Source: Candidatus Krumholzibacteriota bacterium (lineage in GTDB: Bacteria; Krumholzibacteriota; Krumholzibacteriia; LZORAL124-64-63). From it: 29,978 nucleotides of DNA. Shown in pieces: positions 13,082 to 22,300 of this stretch; positions within the stretch are counted from its first letter, which is position 1, and each line of letters opens with the position of its first letter. The DNA lies in the NCBI GenBank assembly GCA_039714075.1, contig JBDLKA010000037.1:1-29978 (forward strand), written 5' to 3'. Under the pieces are notes generated by a model. It was given only the letters and a program-made list of their open reading frames with translations. It did not search any database and was not told the DNA's origin. Both the position numbers and the translations under genes were made by a program.

Positions 13082-13972
13082 TCAGATGTCGCGCTCCGAG
13101 CCTTCCACGAAGGTGTTGCCGTACTTGAACCAGTTGATCTTCAGGGTGCCGACCACGTGACCGAGGCCTTCATGCTCGATCTTGCGCTTGGTGTATTCGT
13201 CTTCCAGCGTCAGCATGGAAAAAGAACCGATAAGCGGCAGGTCCTTGTCCTTCAACAGGTGCAGCATCCAATCGGCGCCGTCGGTCAATTCGGTGATCTC
13301 GACGGCGGATTCGGGGAACACGGCGTACCAGGCGAAATCCTCGGCGGCGGGATTGGCCTTCACCGAGTCGGCCAGGTCGTGGCGGGGAACATAGACAAAG
13401 GATTCGATACCGGTCTGGATGGGCTTGAGGTCGCCGTCCTCTTCCTCGGGCAGGAAGGTGGAGCCGGCTTCCTTCAGGTCCTTGGTCTTCCAACCGAGTT
13501 CGGGCAGGGGCGCGCCCGGGGTTTCCAGATCGACCGCACCGGCACGCAGCAGGTTGGGCATGGTGTAATTGGCGGGCACGGCCAGGCTGTCCGCCTCGAT
13601 GACACCGTTCCGTTTGATCCGCTGGATCACGAGGTGTGTCGGGGAGGGCGAGAACGTCTTTCTCACACCCAGCAGGGTCCCGGCCAGATTCCGGTAGTTG
13701 TGCTCGAGATCCTCGCCGACCAGGAACTCCAGGAGGTTACCGTCGCGCACGATGGCCGTGTTGCCGCGGACGTATTCGAATTCAGGAGCATCGATTTCGA
13801 ACAGGAAATCGGTGCTGAGGGTATCACCACGGGTGACCCTGCGGAGGGAGTCGTAGACGTAGGGATCCACTTCTTCCTTTTTTCCACAACCGGTAAGACC
13901 GATGATAGACACAGCCAGCAGGCCGAGCAGCATGACTGAAACCCAGCGACGCGCGGAAGAAACACCGAACAT
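13082..13972 (-). CDS. hypothetical lipoprotein, 296 aa
   Basis: GGGAGG RBS before ATG 13972. Signal peptide with a basic N-region, hydrophobic core and lipobox LTG-C. The mature region is acidic and globular-looking. The ORF-track extension to 14632 overlaps the next gene and was discarded. Confidence 0.85.
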   Translation of the reverse strand: MFGVSSARRWVSVMLLGLLAVSIIGLTGCGKKEEVDPYVYDSLRRVTRGDTLSTDFLFEIDAPEFEYVRGNTAIVRDGNLLEFLVGEDLEHNYRNLAGTLLGVRKTFSPSPTHLVIQRIKRNGVIEADSLAVPANYTMPNLLRAGAVDLETPGAPLPELGWKTKDLKEAGSTFLPEEEDGDLKPIQTGIESFVYVPRHDLADSVKANPAAEDFAWYAVFPESAVEITELTDGADWMLHLLKDKDLPLIGSFSMLTLEDEYTKRKIEHEGLGHVVGTLKINWFKYGNTFVEGSERDI

Positions 13973-14040
13973 GAACCAACCTCCCAAAAGGTATGCTCCT
14001 GACCCTGCAATCGGGACGCAAGGCCACAATTTCCGGACAT

Positions 14041-14068
14041 TATTATGGCCGGACAGGAAAACCGTCAA
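14041..14068 (-). promoter_or_regulatory. putative promoter of the lipoprotein gene
   Basis: TTGACG followed 15-18 bp later by CATAATAAT. The exact -10 register is ambiguous. Confidence 0.4.
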
Positions 14069-14184
14069 CAATTCCCTTTGACCCCATGAAATTGGGGTAT
14101 CCGGGGACAAAAAGCAAATGCATTCCCAAGGTGGCCGGGCGCCGGGCTTCGCCGTCCCCTTAATCCCCATCCGGCAAGGGAATA

Positions 14185-14850
14185 TCAAAGTCCCGGCAGC
14201 CTCCTGACGACCTCCAGGACATCTCTCTGGCTCGGCAGGGCCCCATCCCAGAGGGACTGGAAAACCTGCCAGTGGTCGGGCAGAAGAATGCCCGCGAGGG
14301 AAAAAATCCGGGCGAAACGACCCCTGCGTTCGTCCAGCGGATAACCCGGCAGCCCATGACGGGCCAGGCGGCCGTCCACGTGGACCGCCCAGGCTTCGGC
14401 GAAGGCCTCGGCCAGCGCCGCGGGAAGATTCCTGCCCGTCACTTCCCCACGGACCACGTCCCTGGCCGTCAAAAGGTGGTGATGGAGATAAACCGCCGCC
14501 CTGTCCGGGGAAAAACCTTCGGCCGCGCCGACGGAAACCTCCCGCGGCGCGGGAGACTGCTCCCAGACCTCGGGTATGGGCTGGACGGCATCCCGGGGGC
14601 GGGCGGAAGGATCGAAACAATTCCCGTGGCAAAACAGACCCAGTACCGGCAGGTCATCCGGCCCCGCCCCGGCCTCCAGCCGGTACCAGGCATCACCGTC
14701 ACCCGGCAAGTCGTCCCCGTAGATGCGGATGCCCGAAAAATCCTCGCCCAGGTCCAGGGCCCTGCCGGCAGCCTGGGCCAAGGGGACCAGATCCGCCGCC
14801 AGATCCCCGGCCAGACCCACGCAATCGACCGAAAGAGACGCTGGGGTCAC
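14185..14850 (-). CDS. hypothetical protein, 221 aa
   Basis: The GTG start lies 6 nt after the tnaA stop and the ORF fills the gap on the operon strand. Composition is protein-like, with aromatic-rich segments (YLHHHLLTARD, WAVHVDGRL, HWQVFQSLW). Confidence 0.75.
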   Translation of the reverse strand: MTPASLSVDCVGLAGDLAADLVPLAQAAGRALDLGEDFSGIRIYGDDLPGDGDAWYRLEAGAGPDDLPVLGLFCHGNCFDPSARPRDAVQPIPEVWEQSPAPREVSVGAAEGFSPDRAAVYLHHHLLTARDVVRGEVTGRNLPAALAEAFAEAWAVHVDGRLARHGLPGYPLDERRGRFARIFSLAGILLPDHWQVFQSLWDGALPSQRDVLEVVRRLPGL

Positions 14851-14856
14851 CGGGAA

Positions 14857-16257
14857 TCAACCTTTCGCAATCATCCGGCCGCCGCCCGCGGGCTGCAGCT
14901 TGGCCGTGAAATGACGCAGCGCGGGCGGCTCCCAGGTTATTTCGAGGCCGCGCAGCCGCGACCCGATCTCCATGACCCGGGCGCAGGACTCGGCCACGTA
15001 ATCCAACTGGGTGTGGGTATAAACGCGGCGGGGAATCGCCAGGCGGACCAGTTCCATGGCCGGGTGCACGATCTCACCGCTGTCGGGGTCCTTGTGATCG
15101 AACATGAGGCTGCCGATTTCGACCCCCCGCACGCCCCCTTCCAGATACAAGGCCGCGGTGAACACCTGGGCCGGGAATTCGGACTGGGGTATGTGGGGCA
15201 GGGCTTTCCTGGCATCCAGATACACCGCGTGGCCGCCGGTCGGTTTCAGGTGGGGCACTCCCAGTTCGTCCAGCCGCCGTCCCAGTCGGGCCACCTGGCC
15301 GATGCGGTAGGCCAGGTAATCGGGGTCCAGCACCTCGCGCAGTCCCTGGGCCACGGCGGCCAGATCACGACCGGCCAACCCGCCGTAGGTGGGAAAACCT
15401 TCCCTCAGGATAAGCAGGTTGGTGACTTTCTGCGCCCACTGTTCGTCGTCCAGGCAAAGGAAGCCGCCGATGTTGACCAGGGCGTCCTTCTTGGCGCTCA
15501 TGGTGCACCCCTGGGCCAGGGCGAACATCTCACGGCAGATTTCCTTGATGTCCTTGTCCCGGTAACCTTCTTCGCGCTGCTGGATGAACCAGGCGTTCTC
15601 CGCGAAACGGCAGGCGTCGTAGATCAGGGGCACGCCTTTTTCCCGGCAAAACTCCGAGACCTCGCGCATGTTCGCCATGGACACCGGCTGTCCGCCGCCG
15701 CTGTTGTTGGTGATGGTCAACATGACGAAGGGGATGCGCTCGACGCCGTACTTTTCGAAGGCCGCGGCTAGTTTGGGCAGGGACATGTTGCCCTTGAACG
15801 GGGCCTCCACGGCGGGATCGAGGCCTTCGGGGCCGATGCAATCCAGGGCGATGGCTCCGGTGTGTTCTACGTTGGCCCGCGTGGTGTCGAAATGGATGTT
15901 GTTGGGCACCACGTCGCCGGGCTTCAGCGTGACGGTGAAAAGCATGCCCTCGGCCGCGCGACCCTGATGGGTGGGGATCACGTGCTGGTAGCCGAAAATA
16001 TCCTTGATGGTGCTTTCGAACTCGGCATAGGAATTACTGCAGGCGTAGGCTTCGTCGCCGCTCATCAGGGCGGCCCACTGCAGATCGCTCATGGCGCTGG
16101 TGCCGCTGTCGGTCAGCAGGTCGACGTAGATGGCGGATGACGGGATCTTGAACACGTTGTACCCGGCCGCGCGGAGATAGGTCACCCGTTCTTCCCGACT
16201 GATCCGCTGAATCTTTTCGACAACCTTGATGCGGTAGGGTTCGAAGGGAAGGTCCAT
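14857..16257 (-). CDS. tnaA: tryptophanase (PLP-dependent tryptophan indole-lyase), 466 aa
   Basis: Motifs DLLTDSGT, GDEAY, THQGRAAE, FDTT and the PLP-lysine motif MSAKKD. It has the TnaA-type residues EGFPTYGGL, VEIGS and LRHFTA rather than the TPL-type EGMPSYGG, MERG and LRFFTA. GAGGAG RBS. Confidence 0.9.
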   Translation of the reverse strand: MDLPFEPYRIKVVEKIQRISREERVTYLRAAGYNVFKIPSSAIYVDLLTDSGTSAMSDLQWAALMSGDEAYACSNSYAEFESTIKDIFGYQHVIPTHQGRAAEGMLFTVTLKPGDVVPNNIHFDTTRANVEHTGAIALDCIGPEGLDPAVEAPFKGNMSLPKLAAAFEKYGVERIPFVMLTITNNSGGGQPVSMANMREVSEFCREKGVPLIYDACRFAENAWFIQQREEGYRDKDIKEICREMFALAQGCTMSAKKDALVNIGGFLCLDDEQWAQKVTNLLILREGFPTYGGLAGRDLAAVAQGLREVLDPDYLAYRIGQVARLGRRLDELGVPHLKPTGGHAVYLDARKALPHIPQSEFPAQVFTAALYLEGGVRGVEIGSLMFDHKDPDSGEIVHPAMELVRLAIPRRVYTHTQLDYVAESCARVMEIGSRLRGLEITWEPPALRHFTAKLQPAGGGRMIAKG

Positions 16258-16358
16258 GGAAGATTCTCCTCGGCAGACGGTGAAAATATCGCTTCAACGT
16301 GCTTGAACTATGGTCAAAGCCCGCCTTCCATACAAGCCGCAAAAACCATCAGCCCAGG

Positions 16359-19300
16359 TCATTCGCCGGACTCGGAGGGCAGGGGGGATTTTTCCTGGTA
16401 AAGGACCAGCAAGCTGTCGGTAACCCTGACCAGGGATTCGTAATGCTGCCGCAGCGGTTCGGTTCCCAGGCACAGGTACGCGGCGCCCGCCATGGCACCT
16501 CCCAGGGGCCGCGATGCCGAGGTCAACACCGCCAGTGGCCGGCGGTAGCGGGGACCCCGGACCGCCACATCGTCCATCATTCCGTACCACCAGGCTTCCC
16601 ACAGGGGCACGGTCAGAAGGGCGCTCAGGGGTTCGCTCCCGTATTGTTCCAGCAGGCGCAGGATCCGGTCACGGGCGGCCGGGCGGGCCATGAAGGTATT
16701 GGCCCACGGGGTGGGCGCCACCAGGTCGGCAAATTCGCCGAGGGTGATCGCGGGGTCGGGGTCCTGGTCCCCGGACCAGTCCAGCCAGGCCCGGCCGGCC
16801 TCGGGCCCGAGAAGCTTCCCGGTCATAAGGTCGACGTCCTTGTTGCCCGGGGCCTCCGTTTCCCCGGCCGGAGCATCCGGTTGCGGTTCGGACCCGGCGG
16901 CATCCGGCGGTGAACCGAAGGTTTCGTCCAGCAGACCGCAAAGGGCGAGATGATCCGTGGCCGCGGCGAGCAGTTCCCTGGGGCCGGGCAGGAACAGGCT
17001 CTCCAGGCGGGTCTCCAGGACGGCCAGCCAGCCCCGGTCGCGGATCGACGATCCCAGGTATTCCAGGTCGCCGGGCATGGGCGCGGTGATCCGCAACGGG
17101 GCCGTCAACCTGCCCGCCTCGTGTTCATGGACGACCCGGGAAAGACACTGGTCCAGGTTGGCCGCGTAGTCGGAGATGAGAATCCCCTTGTCCCGCCGCC
17201 GGACTCCCCCACCCTGGAATTCGGGGGCCACCAGCTTGCGGGTTTCGGACCAGAGCTTCCGGGCCGCCTTGCGTTGCCCGGGAAGTTCGACGACATCGTC
17301 GGCCCGCGGAGTGGTCAGGAACAGATGTTCCCAGGGTTCGCGCGCCGCCGCCGGATCCACCGTCATGATCAGGCGGCGCCCGCGGCCGGTCTGGGCGATG
17401 CGATACCGTGTTTCGGAAGCGAATCTCTGCGCTTCACAGATGACCACCACCGACGAAGAGGAATCCGCCGGGAAGGCCCCCGCTGCAGGTTCATCCGCCT
17501 GGGTTGCTGAAGCCAGTGGCACCCTGACGTCCAGGGGGCCGGTCAGGCCCAGGCGCAGAAAATCCCGGCAGACCATGGCGGCCACCGCCTGATCGGGACA
17601 GTAGATGGTGAGTTCGGGAACCTCACCGCCGCCCGCACCGCATTTCAACAGGCCGCGCGCCAGGGCTTCATGACGGCCGGATCCAAAGACCCCCTTGAGC
17701 ACCAGAAAGGTCGGACCCTCGTCGGCCAGGGCAAGGTCCGCCACCCGGGCGACCACCGCGTCCAGATCGTCCTTTTGTTCCGCACCCCCGGCTAGCAGCG
17801 ATCGCAACCCCCGCCTTCCCCGTCCGGACTCGGCGGCATCACCATATCGAACCACCGCGCCGGCGCCGGCGCGGGTGGAACCCGGATAACCGGCGGCCGC
17901 TTCCTCGCGCACGAGTTCCCAGCCGTGCGACCGGTTCCGGACGGTCCGGCTTTCGGCCACGGTCAACAGGTCCACCAGGTGAACGGCGCCCTGGCAGGGA
18001 GGTCCGATCCAGCGCCAGAACCCGAGGGCGGCGCCCAGGCCCAGGAAGTAACTTTCTTCATCCCGCAGGTCCGTCAAACCCGTTTCCACCAGGAAGCCGT
18101 CCCCCGTTTCCAGGGCACCGGCCATGACGTCCGCGATACGATTCCGGAACACCCTGAGGCTCTGCACCAACTCCGGCACGATCTCGGCAGAAGGACCCCG
18201 GCATCCCACCAGACGCTGGGTCGAGTGGATAAGTCCCCGGGGGCAGACATAGGTCAACCCCACGGCGGCGGCCGGGAGGCCCTCGCCGAGAGACTCCCCG
18301 TTCCATCCGTGCCAAATGAGGAAACAATCCAGCAGAGCCACTTCGGATGCGTCGATCCTGGCGGGGGGATACTCCATATCGATCCAGTTGAGGGACCCGG
18401 CTCCGCCCGCTCCCAGCCACAGGGGAAGCATGACGCCCAGATTCCGCTCCAAGTGGTCCAGGGAATTCTCCAGGTCGGCGAATCTGCGGGGGATCAAAAG
18501 GGCGTGCCCCTGGCCGTGGCGGGCGGCATCAGGATGCTCCGATCCCGCGGAGGAAAGAGAGTCGCCGGCCAGCCTCGCCGCCCAGCGCAACAGGCGCACG
18601 CCCTCGGCGACATCGTCCGGGGCAAGACCGGCCAGATGGCCCAGCCAGGCCAGCGACAGCAGTTGGCGTCCCGGGGGCAGCGATTCTCCCTGGGGATCAT
18701 CTTCCGAACCGGATTGGGTGCTGGTCAGGGCACGCAGACGGGGCAGCAGGGCCTGAAGACGCCGCACAACCGTTGCGGCGCTTCGGGCCCGACCGCAATC
18801 CAGGCAGGGCCCGGCCCCCGCCGGGGCAACGGAGGGACCTGAAGGGCTCACCTGTTCCCCGGCGCCCGGCAGTAATTCGGCGCCACAGGCCGAGGACAGG
18901 AAACGGACCCAGGACGGGTCCAGTCCGCGGCTGAACAGAAGGACGGTTTCGGCCCCGCAATCCAGGATCGAACGAAGCGCCAAAGCGGTTTCCTGGGCTT
19001 CCTGTTCGGGACCGGGTTTCCATTCCGAGACATCCCCGGCCATGATCACCGCCGGGGTATACGCCGCCAGGAATGCTTCCAGATCGGGATCGGAAAAGTC
19101 CTCGGGCTCGACCCAGACCACCGGTGCGGGAACCTGCTCCCGGCGTTCGGCGGACCAGACCGAAAGGCCGGACATGCCGGCCGCCGTCACCAGGTCGGCG
19201 GCGCCCGCGGGCATGGTGTCGGCCACAAGCAGAATCCATTCCTCCACCTGCCCCCGCTCCCAGGCGGCCACCAGGCGGTCCGCCATTCCCCGCCAGACAG

Positions 19301-22300
19301 GGGTCTCGTCGCCCAGTAGAAGATGCACTCCCGGGCCGGGGGTTGAAACTTTCTGCGGGCCCTGGGTCGGGGCGCCATCAGCAGCGGCAAGGTCACCGGA
19401 ATCCCGGGTCATCAGCCACCCGTTGACCGAGGCCTGGATTTTACCGTCCACCGGCTGTCGGCCCCGGGGATCGGCCCCGGGAAGGGTCAGGGTGCGCCCG
19501 ATCCCCTCGGTGGCCAGGCGGGCGATTTCCCCGGTGGATCGTGGCGGCGCGGGTTCGTCACCGGGGGCCGGGACCTTGCTATTCAGCAGGAGCCGCCACC
19601 AGCGCGTATCCAGAACAGCCACGGTATCCCAGGGTCCCGCCAGGCAGGCGGCCATTTCAAGTGAGCAGATTTTCCTGCGCCAGGCAAAAAAGATCTCCCG
19701 TTCGGCATCGGCCCGCACCCAATCGGCACGGGTGTCCGAATTCGCGGCCGGAACCCCCTCGCTTTCGAGACTGGCCAGGACCGGAACGGCCAATAATCCG
19801 CCCGCCCGGAAATCATCAGGCTCCTCGCCGCCGACGGGGTCCAGGAAATTCCAGGCGGCGATTTCCAGGTCCACCTCGGCCCTGCTGACGGAGGCCCAGA
19901 AGTCGGCGGACCGTCCGGCGGCCGGCAGCAGAACCCAGCCCCCACCGGATTCGGCGAAGGCGCGCTGCACCCAGGTCGCCTGACCGGCCAGGGCCTCGCC
20001 CGCCAACCGGCGGGCCTCGGGCTGGACACCCTTGTCCGCCAGCAGCAGGGACGGCGGATTGCCGTCGGTCAGGGAAAGACAATAGGGACTGCCGAAGACC
20101 TGCAGCCATTCGCCCAACAATCCCTCCAGTTCCGAACGCAGCCAGACCGATCCCGTCAACAGGGAAAGGTGACGGCGCCCCCGGGTATGAAGCAGGGCGT
20201 GGATTTCCTGTATGCCGGGTCCCCCGTTGCGCAGCAGGTTCCAATGGATGGCGGCGCTGTCCAGAAACACCCAGGAGGCGTCACTGCCCTCGAAAACTCC
20301 CCACAGGCTGTCCAGCCTTTCCGGGGTCACCGCCAGATGATCCACCGGCCCGGCCACCAGCCCCGCCTTGCGGACCCTCTGGCTGAACTGCCCGGCCCAG
20401 GTGTCCAACTGCCCCTCGGCATCAAGCTGGGGCTCTTCCCGGGCCAGCATTTCGACCGCGGCCTCATAGCGGTCGTACAATGGGAATCGTCCCGGAGTCC
20501 GCGGCCGCACCTGCCGGAAATCCAGCAGGTCGCCGTTGTGGGATTCGACCAGCCGCAGCCAGTGGAAGATCGGCAGGAGGTCGTCTTCATCCGGACGCAC
20601 ATCCGTCAGGAGGGACTCCAGGAACTCCAGGGCCGCGGACAGTGAGTGGACGGTCCCCGCCGGCGGGATCAGAGTCACCGGACCGATGACACCGCCGGCC
20701 ACCTGCGCCAGGGCTTCCAGCCTGTCCAGGCGATCCAGCACCACCCGCCACTTCCGGGTGCCGTCACCCCAGGCGGCCAGAACGGCCGTCGGATCCCCCG
20801 TCGAGACGATGGCCAGATCATTCCGGCCCAGATCCGGCCTCGGGCCGGGATCCCCCGCAGGAGAACCTTCCCGCCGCGATGACGGACCGGTCGCCGACCA
20901 GCCGAAGGGGTCGGGCCGGGTCCATAGAAGCGGCAGGGTCCACGGCTCAAAGGAGGAATCGAGTCCGGAACCTCCGTGGGAATCCATATTGATGAATTCG
21001 TACAGGAAGCGGGCCGCAGCGTCCCCCCGGCGGGCCAGTTCGCCGACACCCGCGCGCAGGGCCGGGTCTCCGGCAACCACCCGGTTGCGGACGGCCAGCC
21101 AGCCCAGGCCGGCAATCAGGGCGCCCGCGGCCGGCCCCTCTTCCCACGCTTCCAGCAAGGAGGAACTTCTGGGGGGCTCCAACTCCGGATGTCCCGCAGC
21201 GGGATCCCATCCCCCCCGCCAGGGTCCGGTCTCGGCCAGGCACAACCCCAGGACGGTTTCCCGGTCCAGCCCGTCTTCCGGCAACCGGCTTTCCATGGCC
21301 GCCACCATGAAATCGTGGACCGTCCAGCGGGCCGGCGCCTCCTGCCAGGCGGATTTCACAAAGGAGCGCACATCCTCCGCAAAGGCCACGACCCGGCCTT
21401 CGCAGGGAGCCAGGAATTCCCCGATGGGTTCCAGGCCGTCCCCCTGACGCCAGTACGCCATGTCCCTGGGTTCGTTGTCCCACCAGAAGATGATGGTGAC
21501 GCCACCGGCTGAGCCCAGGGCCAGGGAGGCCCAGGCCAAAGACGAATCGGCCGCCGGCCCCAGGGACGGTCGGCGGTGAAGAATCCGGCTTTGGGCAGCC
21601 TGGAGACGGGAAGCAAGCTCGCCCGCGGGGGCCGGTCCGCCGGCTGCCATGACGGTAAGAGCTTCCCCGTAACGCGGGACGGGGAAATGCCCCGCATCGG
21701 TGTTGCCCAGAAGTTCGAGCAGCCGCACGCGGGCTTCTTCGGCCCGGGGCCCGGTCACGGGTCCGACTCCCAGATAGGCGCGATACAGTTCGACGCTTTC
21801 GGCGGCCCTGCCCAGCAGGCGGTCCGCGGTCACGGCCTCGAGCCAGCTTCTCTCCTCGGCCAGCCGACTGGTCGATCCGAAGTACTCGGGCTGCACGAGT
21901 TGCAGCACCACCCGCGCCCATTCCTCGGCTTCGGGCGAGCCCCGGTTCAACCGGCCATGTTCGATGAACACATCGAACAGTTCGCCGCCCTTGTGCGCGA
22001 GCCAGAGACGGTCCTCCTCGGTCAAAGGCAGGTCGTGGCGGACGAGGTTGAAATCAAAGGGCCGCCCGGTGCGGCCGGCGGTCCGGAACAGTCCCTTGAT
22101 CAGGGGCACCGCCGAAGAGGGTTCCTCCTGGAAAATCCGGCTGCGGGCCACCAGGAACAAGGCGGCTTCCAGTTTGGGCTGATTGGTGACCGGATCATCC
22201 TCCGGGCGCAGTTCGGCCACCCGGACACCGTCCCTGACAACATGTTCTCCCTGCTCCAGGAATCTGCGGCGGAACTCGATGGTGCGGCGCGGCCAACGGC

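Noticed and set aside
5138..13939. Long antisense or alternate-frame ORFs (e.g. 5138-6496, 5740-6771, 9444-10472, 10536-11618, 11883-12992, 12635-13939)
   Set aside because: Shadow ORFs of well-identified genes, expected in GC-rich DNA where stop codons are scarce.
14857..16257. Tyrosine phenol-lyase assignment
   Set aside because: The diagnostic segments (MSAKKD, EGFPTYGG, VEIGS, LRHFTA) are of the tryptophanase type.
16258..16358. TnaC-like leader peptide
   Set aside because: No short ORF with an RBS and the W...D...P-stop pattern in the 100-bp gap.
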